A DNA stretch of 64,000 bases from Camelus ferus. Lineage: Eukaryota. The first letter of the stretch is position 1, and the number at the start of each line of letters is the position of its first letter. Below the pieces are notes generated by a model. It ran no database searches. It saw only the letters and a list, made by a program, of their open reading frames with translations, and was not told where the DNA came from. The stretch covers positions 25,978,001-26,042,000 of the forward strand of contig NC_045711.1 in the NCBI RefSeq assembly GCF_009834535.1, read 5' to 3'. Position numbers and translations under genes: made by a program. Below, piece by piece: positions 36,271-48,505 of this stretch.

Positions 36271-37454
36271 TGATGTAGTCCTACCCCTGTCTAGGGCTTG
36301 GTTCCTGCCAGAGGGTCACCCAGCCTCTCTTGGATACGTCAGTGGACAGGGAGCCGAGCGGGTGGAGAGGTGGCCCGTGTCTACTGTGGTGCGCTCAGCT
36401 GATCCTGACCGGGTCAGAGTCTCTTCTGTGACATTCATCCGTTGCTGCCATTTTAACCCCCAGAGGTCACTCGTGGGGCCCTTGCCAAGCTCTAGGGGCC
36501 AGTTGTCAACACCATCACCCCCTCTGCTCAGCGTCCTTTAGTGTCTTCTCTGAGCCCCTGGTGTGAGTAACTAGTGAGAACCCTTCCATCCCATAACTGT
36601 CTGTCCTTCCCCCCAGGTTCAAATACCCAAAATCAGGTCAGTTATTCACTTTTTTCAATTTTGTGATCTGGGTGTTTTAAAGTGTTAGCTTCCTCCTCTG
36701 ACTGCCGGCACCGTTTGACGGGCTGTCTGTGGTGACCAGAAGGCTCTTTACTGGAACATCCGATGTGCTGTCGGCGATGGAGGAACTGTCCAGCCCATAC
36801 CCCCCGCTGTGTAGGTGGGCAAACACTCCCGCTGTAAACGGCACACGGTCGGTCAGGACAGAGCCAAGACCATGATGTTACTCCTGTTCCGGGCTCCTCT
36901 TACCATGCTGGGCGGCCTTGGCAGTGGGTCCTCCCTCTTGTGGGTCTGAGGCTTCATGATCCATCTTCTCTTGGTCCCCCACCTCTGGCTTTTCCATCTC
37001 AGGCAGCCCTCCGTCGCTGTAGTCATTGCCTCAGATCTGAAAGAGGGAAGGACAAAAAAGAACAGGAAGTGGGTGTGTGGCAGAAAGCACTGTCCTCATG
37101 CAACCTCTTCCATGTCATCGCATCCTTCAGGTACCACCCGAGAAGAGGAAGAAGCGGTAAAGGATGGAGAAGACTGGGGAAGGATGAGGAGGCTAGAAAG
37201 CCACTGGTGCATTAAAGCCACCGGCAGCACTAGGACTGGGGAAGGGTCTTTCCTTTCTTCCTCCTACCACCCACCCATCCACTGTGTACCGATAAGGCAC
37301 ACCGGTGTCCAGTGGACTACCATTCCCTCAGGCACCAAGTTTTAGGGAGCATTTGGGTGTAGACAACCCTGGCCATCACCTACCTAGGACTCTTCCTTAA
37401 TCAGAGCCAGCCTCTCCACCCTTGGGGCTTCTGGTTGAACGTCCCATAGTGAAT

Positions 37455-37670
37455 GAAGGCATGGACTTTGCGTCAGGCCAACTTGGGTTTACTTCCCAAG
37501 CTGGCGGCTCGTGATCGATGTGACAGGTGTCATGACCTAGGTTCTGCATCAGTAAAATGGAGATGAACAGTATCAGCTCCTCATGGTGATGGGGAGGTTT
37601 CAACGTGACGAGGCACGCCAAGTGTCTGGGGGCACAGAAATGCTTCATAAATGTACTGTTTCTGTTTTTA
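37455..37670 (+). mobile_element. MIR SINE
   Basis: 'ggcatggactttgcgtcagg...catcagtaaaatggagatgaacagta...gcttcataaatgt'. Confidence 0.7.
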
Positions 37671-39225
37671 CTGGAAGGTAGAAGGAGGGGACAGTTTGCC
37701 ACTATTTCTTTACTCGCCACATCTTAGGGTGTCTGACCACAGCCACACAGGGACACTCAGGTTTCCAGATGCAAAGCAGGTAGCCCTCCCTGGTACCCGA
37801 GAGCCAGCACGGCTCCTAAGGACCACAGGAGCTGGGTCCCTTAACATCAGGCATGATTCAGGCAGTTGGGAAAATAATTAAGTGCTAACATGTCATTTTT
37901 TTAAATGAAGTTCTGGAATTAGAGATTTATAATTGCTAATGAGCCAGGCTAATAATTAGTTGCTTTATAATAAGGGCGATGATCACTCAGACAGAGGCAG
38001 AGAGAGCCAGGCTCCGGCCTAATTTTTCTCCTGTAATTATGTGACATGCCCAACTGCCTGGAACTCCTCTTGCCCCTCCGTCCTTCTGCTGGGGCGTGAT
38101 GCCAAGCTGCCCTGGCGCTGTCCCCATTTCCCACCACCCTCCAGCCGCTGGACCCTGATGTCCAGCGCCTCCTGCCAGGCAGCCTTTTTCCATCACCTGC
38201 CTCCTTTGCTGTCCTTGTGACCCTCAGGATCATGGTGGATCAGAGGGCTGGATTCCTCCAGGATGGAGGGCTGAGTTGGGCTGGGAGCCAAGTAAAGAGG
38301 ATTGGGATTGAGAAGATACCTGTCTCTGGGCTTCTCCCACCCCCACCCTAACCCTTGACCTTGGAGAGAGGGGGGAAGCTCTTGTCCTCCCCCCTGGGAG
38401 CTTGGAGCCAGAGGGCAGTAGGAGCAGGCAGAGAGGGGTCCTGAAAATGCCGTGAGCCATAACACTCCAGGCGATGGAGCAAGGCAGTTAGCAGGGAGAA
38501 AGCCAGTTCAGAGAAGAGGCTACCCACCCTCCATCCTTCAAGAGTCTTCCCAGTTTCTCAAAGGCGGAGCGGAAGGAGCCTTGAATGGAACGCCATAAAA
38601 CGTGGTGCAGAGCCCTTGTCCGGGGGCCATGGCCTGGCTGACCAACCTGGGCAAGCCTCTCAGCGTCTCAACAACTCAACATCTCAACACCCGAGTGTGC
38701 CTGGGCGTAAAGTGACAGAGCTGGACTAAAAAGACCAAGGTCTGCTCCAGCGCCGAGTCTCTATGCGTTGAGGGCTCCGTGACACGGGCGTGGCTCTAAG
38801 AAGAATGCAGACATACACAAGCACATCCGCCTGTAAGCGGCAAAACCTCCAGCAGCCCTTGGGATGTGGGGGCTTACAGGAAGGGAGGGCCCCAGGGGAG
38901 CCAATGAGGGAGCTGATGGAGACAGATACAGAGGGAGGCCCCTCTCTCACTGTTTGCTTGTGGCTCTGGACCTAGGAGGACAGATAGTTATACCGTTGCA
39001 GGGAGACCAGATCCCCGAGCAGCCTGTGTCTTTATCCTCAGGTGTTTGGCATCACTTTTGAGTTAAGCAGGGAGACCGCAACCTGGAGATTTTGGTGGGA
39101 ATGGTTATCACCCCCCACCCCCACCTCCGGGGGACTCCTGAGGCTAAGGGGGCCCTCTGTGACATGACTAGGAACTAGTAAGAAAACAGACACTCTGCAC
39201 AAACCACAGAAGATACGCTCACCTG

Positions 39226-39665
39226 ATGGGGGCTTGTATCCTGGGGTCCATGAATGATAGAATTCAGAGGGTCTGTGAACTTGAGGGAGGAAAAAAACAG
39301 CCTTATTTTCATTCATCTTAAATAAAACTTATCATTTCCTTTAATTATGAACATAGGTGACAAACCACAGAAATATTAGCAGTACCTGAAACTTCTGTAC
39401 CAACAGAATACACAGTATTTTCATATCCTACGACAACTGTGGCAGGCATCTCAAAGTATTATTTATGCTCATCACTACTTCAAAATTATGGTAGTTATTA
39501 GACCTGCAGCTAGATCTTTTTTTAATGTATTAACGAAAGAGCACATGAATTACCATACATTTGTTTTTCAAGCGACAAATTGCTACAGATTCAGTGTTTT
39601 TAAAAAAATATTTTGATAACCATGTTTCAATATAATTGCTTTTTTAAAATAATTCTATATGTTTT
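39226..39665. mobile_element. Charlie4a-type hAT non-autonomous DNA transposon, one end truncated
   Basis: Colinear with the recalled consensus: 'gatagaattcagagggtctgtgaactt', 'aaaccacagaaatattagcagtacctg', 'catcactacttcaaaattatggtagttattagacc'. Confidence 0.75.
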
Positions 39666-41254
39666 GTTCTTCCTCCTCCCACTCCCCACTCCGCATTCGA
39701 GAGCCCCTCTTTCCTTCCCCTCATCCCTTGGCAACACGAGGCAGGTTGGAGAATCACTGATGATGGAGATTGACAACTCAGGCTGGAGTCTTGACACAGA
39801 GGAGGCCAGAACTTCAGGAGGAGGCAAAGATGTTAATACGACCCAAGGGCAGGAAGGAAAAGACAGAAGGCAGAAGCCTGGGGCTGAGCACACAACTCTG
39901 CTGGCTCCTTGCTGGCTGAGGTGGTGGCTAAGGAGAGGAGGAAGTGGGTGGACAGGTGGCTCAACTTGAGCCCACGGAGTCCTGGTTCCCACCACATATT
40001 GGATCCTGTACGTGCTGGGCTACATCACAGGAACCAGAAGAAGGAAACAGAGTCCGAGTACACCTGGCCGTGGGAGGTGGGGTAGGCGTTGCCGTGCCCC
40101 GACTCCAATTCACAGTGGTGGTTGGATTCCGCCAATATGGCGGCCAATTGCAGAGCGAGCCACTCATGGGACCAACAGAGGTCTTGGTGCTGACTCTGCT
40201 GCCTAATTCCTCCGAGATAAAGAACATGTTCCAGGAATAAATGTTCGTCCATTCGTTCAGCAAATATATTGAGAGTCTCCTGAGAGTGCGATGCTGCACG
40301 GCCTTCACTACCATGAGCTCAAGACAAAGCTGGGAGACACCCAATAGGCAATTAGTGTGCCAATAGCTAGTGATGGTTAATTAATAAATAATAATGACTA
40401 ATAATTGATGTTCATGGCAGTGAGCGACTCTGATACAGAACTGTACGTCCTGTGCTGGGCCCCGCTCTCAGTGGGCTCCCAGACTCCCCTCCTTAGGTGT
40501 TACTTGCTTCTGATTTTCCATTTTGCAGCAGACTGAAAATTCAAGATTAGATTCTCTGGACCTACAGCGATAACCGCACTCCCTGGATTTTTGCGAACAG
40601 CTCTGATTTCAAGAACACTATTCTTTTGTGCCCATAAACCACTGAAATGCCAATATTTCAGGAACCGAACAATATCTCTGAGATTGCCACCTCCCAGGTA
40701 CACTCACACACAGATCCGGCTGTGGGTCCTGATTTGGGGTTTGGAAAACGTATTGTTGGGGTATTAAACTGGAGGAGGAAGTAAAAGTGGATAATATATC
40801 CCATTTTCACTGCCTCCTCCCAACCTCCTGTCTATCTCAGACAGTGCTGTTGCAAGGAAGGAGAAGTCCTTCTGAAATTAGAGTTAAGCAGGACAGAATT
40901 AGGAGGTACGGCCTGCAGCATGAAGAGGTCAGATAATGCATTCTTGAGCCAAGTGGGGAGAGAGTGTTTCTTCCCTGCCGTTTGTGTTTTTCTGTTTCCT
41001 TCCCCAGCACAGTCCCTCTTTAAGGACTCTTTGTATACGCTGGAAGGGCCTAAGTCATGAGCAGATGGAGTAGTTGGACAAATTAAGTTTGGACGTAAAA
41101 CTCTTTCTGCTTGGAAGGTGCAGGGTTCCCATGCCTTCACTGGGGTGGGCAGGGGTGTTTTGCCTTTGTTTTTCTAATAAAAACAAAAATATCTTTACCA
41201 AGTCCTCTAGGAAACCACCCTCATTCACGGTCATGATTCGTAGAGCTGGTGGCT

Positions 41255-41475
41255 CACAGCTATCATTTAGCAAACGTATATCGTGCGACTGGCCCCTAGG
41301 ACAGCGTTTTACATGGGTTACTTTATTTAACCCTGACAGCACAAGGAAGCATGGACTATGCTTTTAATGAGAAACTGAGAATTGAAGGGGTAACCATCTC
41401 ATTCAATGTCACACAGCCAGTGAGTCACAGAGCTCAGATTTGAATCTCAAAGCCTGATCCCAGCCCTCACTCTGA
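41255..41475 (-). mobile_element. MIR SINE
   Basis: 'tttaatgagaaactgaga...gtcacacagccagtgagtcacagagctcagatttgaatc'. Confidence 0.8.
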
Positions 41476-41624
41476 GACACCCCACTGTGCACTTAAGGGC
41501 AGGGCCACCCCCAAATTCAGTAACATCTAGGCAGAAGGAAGCCTTCTGGATCAGAGAAACTCCTGGGCAGATTACAGAGAGCCATGAAGCCTGGCAAAGG
41601 TCAACTGGGAAGAGAAAGGAACCT

Positions 41625-41795
41625 GACACATGTGTTCATCGCACGTACGCTTGGTATTGTGCCAGAAGATTTACCCACTTTTCTTTAATTCTTAAGACGA
41701 TGGCTGGTGTTAGGTATAATGATTCCTATTTTGTAGATGAGAAAACTGAGGCTGTGCAGTTACCTAAGATTCCAGTCAGTATAAGGAAGAACCAG
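41625..41795 (-). mobile_element. MIR SINE fragment
   Basis: 'attcctattttgtagatgagaaaactgaggct'. Confidence 0.75.
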
Positions 41796-42459
41796 CCTGC
41801 TGGCACTAATCCCCATATGCTGCTAGTCATTCCTTCATCAAACAAGCCACAAGGTTGGGGAAAGAGGGGAGGAGATTGGTAGGGAACGCATGGCAGAAAC
41901 ATAAAAAAATTAGGTTAAGAGTTGGCTCCAAATGCCTCCACCAGGAAGCCCTCAAAGATTGGCATCTGCTTTGGTTTAATACTATCGGAGAGCCTTGAGC
42001 TTAGCAGATCCTTAACAAAAACACTTGTTGAGTGAAACCTGGGAAAAAGTGGTTGAATGAATACCCACCTATTCTAATACCACTTTAGAAAGAGCAGGTG
42101 CTCCCTCTTGATTGGGGTCATCCCGCCCATCTCTTTGGCTCTGGTTCTGTCTTCGTCTCTTTCTGCCTGTCTCTGGTCCAGCACTCCCCATTTTCCTGTC
42201 TTCTCTCATTTAAGAGCTCGAAGCAAAAGATGCTGCTCCAATTCTCCAGCTGCCTCCTCACTGCTGTTGAGCTTCAGAGCACAGTATTTAAATCCTGTTA
42301 AATAACCTGTTTTCATGGGCAATCACAGCCAGGTTAGTAAATTACCCACACGCTCACTCTTTAGGCAAAACCGACATCCCAGGTCCGCAGAAAATTGGCC
42401 ATTGTCCTTCAATGGTGGAATTGAACAGAGCAAATGGTGGCACTTTAAAAGAAAGTTGT

Positions 42460-42591
42460 NNNNNNNNNNNNNNNNNNNNNNNNNNNNNNNNNNNNNNNNN
42501 NNNNNNNNNNNNNNNNNNNNNNNNNNNNNNNNNNNNNNNNNNNNNNNNNNNNNNNNNNNNNNNNNNNNNNNNNNNNNNNNNNNNNNNNNNN
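42460..42591. other. Assembly gap (N-run)
   Basis: 132 N. Confidence 0.99.
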
Positions 42592-43099
42592 CTCCCGCTG
42601 ATGGCTGGCTCTCGGGCTCTTAATCGGTGGCCCTGGCCAGGTGGGGGGTCCCATCTCTGGGATTTCAAACTGGCAAATTCTCAGTTTCCACGTGACTTTG
42701 AGGCACAGAAGGAATATACCTCATCTCATGCTCTGAAAGATGGAGAGACTGCTAGGCGATTGCTCATTTTTTTCCTGAATCTTGGTGGTTTTGACCCTGG
42801 CGTTTGTCACAATTGCCACCCCGCCACCACCACCTCTATACTGTTAACAGGCACCACTGTGTGCATGGCTTTGCATTAAGGGGACTGCGGAGGGATGCTG
42901 GAAGGTGCATGGATGTGAACATACTGGTGGATTCAGTAGTATCCATTATTGTTTCTGAGGGTGGCTCAGAAGATGCCCAGATTGCCACGGCATCAGCAAA
43001 TGGCCCAGGTCTTGGGCCACGAGTTTTTGTTACACCCAGCAGCCCCCAGAATTGGCACCGTTACCCCCCCCCCCATTTGCCTAGAATCAACCATATCTT

Positions 43100-44040
43100 G
43101 TGACTCGGTCACCTATTGCTGTGTAACCAGTAATCCCAAACTTGGTGGCTTGAAACAGTAACCATTTATTCAGTCTTGATTTTGCACCTTGCCGATTCAG
43201 GCTGAGCTCGGCTGGTCTGAAGCTTCTACTGATGTGGACGAGGCTTCTCCGAGCTCGGCGGCTGAGCTGGGTAGGCCGGGAGTCTGGGCTAAAGTAGTCT
43301 CGGCCAGGTCAGATGGGATGGCCGGGGTCCCTCTCCAGGTTGTGTGTCACCTTCCACGGGCTTGTCCAGAGGGTCAGAGATTCAAAGGCAAGAGCAGAAG
43401 CTTCAAAGCCTTCGATCCGAACACTGTTGCTTCCACCCCATTCTATTGGCCAAAGCAAGACTCAAGGCCAGTTCAGGTTCAAAGGGTGGTGTCATAGGTT
43501 GAATACGGTTTCCCCAACATTCATGCACACCTGTACCTTCAGAATGTGACCTTATTTGGAAATAGGATTTTTTGCAGATGTGATTATGTTAAGGTTCTCC
43601 AGATAAGACCATTCTAGATTGGGGATGGGCTCTCCATCCAATGGCTGGGGTCCCTATTAGAAGAGGAAAAGACACACAGACAGAGAGAGACAGTGGGAAA
43701 AGACATCTGAAGTTGGAGGCACAGATTCGAGTGATGCAGCTACAAATCAAGGAACACTGAGGACTGACCTCCCAGAAGCCAGGAGAGAAGCACGAAATGG
43801 ATGCTCCTCTAGAACCTCCCAAGGAGCATGGCACTGCTGACATCTTGACTTTGGACTGCTGGTCTCCAGAACCATGAGAGAATAAATTCTGTTGCTCAAG
43901 CCACCCAGTTTATGGTAATTTCGTTCCCCAGCATGCCCTGGGAAACCAGCGCGGGTGGGAGATAGACTCCCATCTCTTGATGGGAGAAGCTATAAAGTCA
44001 TGTTGCGAAGGGTGAGGATACAGGAAGATGGGAGAAATCT
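43100..44040 (-). mobile_element. Old MLT1 (H/I-type) solo LTR split by a younger LTR
   Basis: 'ctattgctgtgtaaccagtaatcccaaacttggtggcttgaaaca' ... 'tattggccaaagcaagactcaaggcc'. It resumes after the insert with 'gagatagactcccatctcttgatgggagaagc'. Confidence 0.8.
43490..43953 (+). mobile_element. MLT1B/C MaLR solo LTR, nested
   Basis: 'tgtcataggttgaat...cttcagaatgtgaccttatttggaaatagg...gagaataaattctgttg'. Flanked by a GGTGG 5-bp TSD at 43485-89 and 43954-58. Confidence 0.9.
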
Positions 44041-45387
44041 TGCACCTCGGCTTACCCATCCCCACTCTGTTCCTGGCAGGTACCTCGAAACCGAGGAACA
44101 GCCACAGAATGCCAGACGCCAGACATTCACCGCACCAAGTGGTTCTGTTCTGCCCAGGCTCCAGAGGGAGTGCGTCTCTGTGAGCTGACGCTGTGACGGC
44201 TGCGGATGCCTCGTCACATCCAGCTCCAAGTCGCCTCTATCTCAGAAGGGCCCGAGGAAGGCAGACAGCCAGGAAACTGAGGTCGTTGGTGCGCTGGGTA
44301 CAGCCCTGGGTTCCTGGAGCATCTTTGATGGCTCTGGTCCAAGGGGCTTGAGGTGACCAGACCAGACCCCCTCCCTACCCCCAAGTCCCTCTGTGCACAG
44401 GAAAGAGCACACCTTTGGATTTTCTCAGATATCATACTGGAAAGGAGGTTTGGCAGAGGCTTGGTTTTATTCCACAGACACCTCAGAGAGAAGTTGCTGT
44501 CTGGGGAGTTCAGACTACAGCTCCTGTGGAACGAGCCCACATGTTTTCTAAAGACCCATCTGGCGTCCGTGCTCGGGCTGGTGCAGAGGGGGCTGGACCA
44601 CCGAACGCTGCCCTTGAGAGGCTCTGTCACCAAGGCTGCTGAGATGGGCTGAGGTTACAGGCACCATCCAGCGCATCCTCCTGCAGGACCCGCCCGGGTC
44701 TTCCCTCCCTCCTAACAAGTTCCTGAAAAGTTGCCCTCAGTGCAGAAAGAGGCAAAGTCACCAGCTAAGACTGAAGAAGGGAAGGGAGTGGCAGGTTAGG
44801 GGAGAAATGCGGCATGAAGATGCCACGAGGGCCAGATCCCTTAAGGAGGGGAGGTCATCTGAGCCCAGAGTCACCTTCGTGATTTGTGTATTTTATTCAA
44901 GGTTGTTGAGATGAGAACAGGCTTGTGCATCTCAAAGAGGAGATTGTTCTTGCATCTGGAAACACTAAGGAAACAGCCCTCCCTCTGCCAAATCAGAGTA
45001 GACTCTGGGGGGAGGCGAGGGGCAAAGGGGCACCCTCAGGGCACAGAATTTAAGGAGGCACCTACTCTCAGGGTTGTGCAAGGGAGAGGCAGCCCATGAG
45101 AGGGTGATGCCTCCTTAAACGCTGTGTCCTCTGCACCCAGTCCCAGCCTCCCCAGGCTGCTCACAGCTCCGAGTCCACTGGGACCTCTCTCCAGACAGCT
45201 GTGAGGAAATTGCATTGGCCATATGGGCTCTTGTTTTCCCTGTTGGGCCACTGATTCCTTTTGCAATCTGGAGGCTGCTGAGGACAAGGATTCAGTTTCT
45301 GTTTCCTCCAGATGTGTCAGCGTCCCTCAGGCCCAGGGCACTGAAATCGAGGGGCTCTGTCTGCTTCCCCAGAGGTCTGCACATTTT

Positions 45388-45610
45388 ATAGCTCAGCTTC
45401 TCACCTACCTCACTGTTGACGATTGAGGCTGGGTGATTCTCTGTGGTGGGGGTCTGTCCTGGGCACTGCGGGATGTTTAGCAGCGTCCCTGGCCTCCACC
45501 CACTAGATGGATGCAAGCAGCACCTCTTCCTCCAGGATGTGACATCCAAAAAGGTCTCCAGACATTTCCAGATGTCCCCTGGGGGAAGGCAGAACCACCC
45601 CAGGGTTTGC
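45388..45610. mobile_element. MER20 hAT-Charlie MITE
   Basis: 'gtctgtcctgggcactgcgggatgtttagcagcgtccctggcctccacccactagatg...ggtctccagacatt'. Confidence 0.9.
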
Positions 45611-45949
45611 AGGCTCTAGCTTGGGGACACCTACTGAGCGAGAAGTGCTTCTGGATTAATGTAGAAAATCCCTTCTGGTCCTGGTCCTAGGTTCACTTGG
45701 CATCACTGTAATCAGGAAATCGCTGAGGAAGAAGACTGCATCTTCTAGACTAAGAGAAGACCCTAGCAGATTTCTGTAGACCCCAAGGAATATTCCAGAA
45801 GGTTGGGGAAGAGGTGAACAGGCAGCTCCCAGAGACTTGGACTCCCAGATGGAGCTGAGTACCGTTTCTCTCTCCCCTCCTCAGCCTCTGAGCAGCCTTC
45901 CTCTTTGGTCTCCTGCATCCAGGAGCAGACAGGAAACCACCAGGCTTTG

Positions 45950-46070
45950 GGGGTCAGAAGACTTGGGATGAATTTCCACTCCCCGCCTCCCCACTGTGTG
46001 ACCTTGAGCTAGTTTCCTAACCTCTCTGAGCCAGTTTCCCCATCTACAAAATAAGGCAAATAATACCTGC
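45950..46070 (+). mobile_element. MIR SINE
   Basis: 'ctgtgtgaccttgagctagtttcctaacctctctgagccagtttccccatctacaaaat'. Confidence 0.85.
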
Positions 46071-46883
46071 GCAGGGGCAGGTACGGGGATTCCAAGAACA
46101 AAGAAAACGTGTTTAAAGCCACTGGCACAGGGCCCGGGGTCTGTTAAGTTGTTTCTAAACAACTGTGGGCAAATCCCTGGCTCCCCGGAGCCCTTATTCA
46201 TTTTCCTCCGGCCTGGGAAAAACGGCTGATTCACCGGGGCAAGGGGGGTGGGGGGTGGGGGCAGAGAGAGCTTGGAGGGAAGATGGTCGGGGAGGAGCAA
46301 AGAGTTTAGCAGAGGCGTGTCTGAAAAAAAGGACCTTTCTGTGCTTTCGTGAGCAGTTAAAAGCGGTATTTGGTCCCCCGTGGTACCGCAGTGATAGAGC
46401 TGTCACAAAGCCAGCTTCAAAGGTGGGCGCATCCCCCAGATGTTTGCTCCTGACCCTCAGAGGCTTCTAGCATTTAAATTCCCATTAAGGAGCTGCCATG
46501 GCTGCGGGCAAGGCCGGGTCCCACTCTTTCCTTGAAAGACATCAAATCCTCTCCCAGAAATTTGATTTTAATTGTGATTGTTCTTATTCATCTTGAAATT
46601 CATTTGAGGCTGTAAATCCACTCATCCAGCCTCACTCTCTTAATTCTACAAGGATTAAAGTGGTAGAAAAAACAGTCATACTTCTGAGCATAGATGAAGG
46701 AAGTGGGGTTTTGAATTTGGGCTTTGGTTTATGCCAGGGAGGGTCCTGGAAATCGGATGTTTAAATTTCCAGCTCTGCTTTAAAGCTCCCTTAGGGGCTC
46801 AGCTGGGATGGGCGCAGCCCTTTCTGACTCTAAAAGAAGTATAATTCTGCCCTTGAGGAGTTTAACAATCTAAAGTTTCTAAG

Positions 46884-46978
46884 ATGGGGGTTTAGGGAGA
46901 GCCCAGTGGTAGAGCACGTGCCCAGCATGCACAAGGTCCTGGGTTCAATCCCCAGTGCCTCCATTAAGCAAAAATAAA
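46884..46978 (+). mobile_element. Camelid tRNA-Ala-derived SINE, short form
   Basis: 'cagtggtagagcacgtgcccagcatgcacaaggtcctgggttcaatccccagtgcctcca' plus an A-rich tail. Perfect 13-bp TSD taaagtttctaag at 46871-83 and 46979-91. Confidence 0.9.
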
Positions 46979-47104
46979 TAAAGTTTCTAAGGAATGGGTA
47001 ACGACCAAATCTTCAACTCTATATAGAGGAAAGCAGGAGAGACTCTTCCAGAGAGAGGCAAGATGGATGAAAGGAACTACAAATTTCAGAACTAGTACAG
47101 TCCT

Positions 47105-47345
47105 GCCTGAAATGTCCTTTATTCACTCACATCTTTTCTTGCAAGAATGACTCATCTTTATTCTTCAAAACACCGAGAAAGTGCCACCTCCCCTGGGAAG
47201 CCTTCCAGGAATACCCCCAAGGCTTGGCGTTAATCTCCCCCTCTGTACTACATTTACCTATGGGGGCTTATGTCTGTCCTCTCTTCATTTATGAGTTCCT
47301 TAAAGACGGGGATTTTTGTCTCACTTGGACCTTTGGCCTTTATCT
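47105..47345 (+). mobile_element. L2 LINE 3' fragment
   Basis: 'gtgccacctcccctgggaagccttcc' and 'tatgagttccttaaagacgggga'. Confidence 0.65.
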
Positions 47346-48357
47346 GGCAACTGAATTAGACTCTTGAGCCGTGTCATAGAATCGTGGACCAGGAGCAGCG
47401 GCTTCTGGAGGTCCCTGCCTCCTCTTGGAGTCTCAGAATTGTTCTTCCGCCACAAGATGAATATGTTGGCCACTTAGTGAGGAAAGTGAAAGGATAATTT
47501 CCTGACCTTAATATGCAAACTGAGATTTTTCTCAGCGGCTAATGATCTAAGGGCTGCCCTGGCCTCCCCAGGCACAGGAGCGGGAGGGCTTTGTAGCTGC
47601 CAGGCTTTGTAAATGGCTTTAGACATTGCAATAGCCCAGACTTCCATAATTATATTTTACACGCTAATCTGCGAGGGATCTCTCTGAAGCTCTCCCTTTG
47701 GGCCCTGCAGGGCGAATTCAGCGAAGCCACAATTAGGGCAGAGCCTCTGTGGAAAATGGAAGTTGAACGGCCGCCACCTGCAGGTTGGGCGTGGAAAGTG
47801 GCCGGACGCTAATGAGGACGCCCTGTGGACCTCGAGGGGCAGGGTGGGAACACCCTGTTGTCCTGCCAGGGGGCGGTCACCCACTGGGCTGTCACTGGTC
47901 CAGCCACCATATTTCCTGGACCATGTGCAGCTCTGCCATCGGGACTGTCACAGTTGGTTCGGGCGGATTTGATGACTCACCACACCCGAATATCAGAATG
48001 TGTAGGAGTCATTCAGGTGAGCCCTGTCACTCCGGGATCTGAAAATAGTGACTGTTAGAGTCCGTTAAAGTGGGCTGTCCAAGGTACCCAGCATGATTAA
48101 CTCAAGTCTACCTCTGCTTTTGTTATTACTGAGACTCATAATGCTGACACTTGCCTTGGTCCTACCCTCATCCTACAACGCCCTACTAGAAACTTAGGAG
48201 AGAGAAAGCCTCAGCCCCAGGACCAGGGACCTTGAAATCGCTTTGGGGCTGTTCCTTAAGGAGACTGGGATGGGCTACGCCTTCTTTAAGAAGCACTTGT
48301 TTTGTAAGCTCTGCCAGGGACTGGGGAGAAAGAATTACCATTTGTGGAACCTCAAGC

Positions 48358-48505
48358 CAGCCCTTCTCAGAACTTCAGGTGTGGGTGACTGGCACCTGGC
48401 ATCCTGTTAGATTCAGATCCCCAACCGGTAGTTCGTGGCGGGGCGAGGTTCTGCATCTCTAGCAAGCTTCTTGGTCAAGTGCCATGCTTGAGAAGTAAGA
48501 GTTTA
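48358..48505. mobile_element. MER5-type hAT MITE
   Basis: 'gttagattcagatcccc...gaggttctgcatctctagcaagct'. Confidence 0.6.

Noticed and set aside
46884-46962. Functional tRNA-Ala(AGC) genes (also at 1697 and 51273)
   Set aside because: All three have A-rich tails and stem or anticodon-arm mismatches, and two have clear TSDs. They are tRNA-derived SINE copies.
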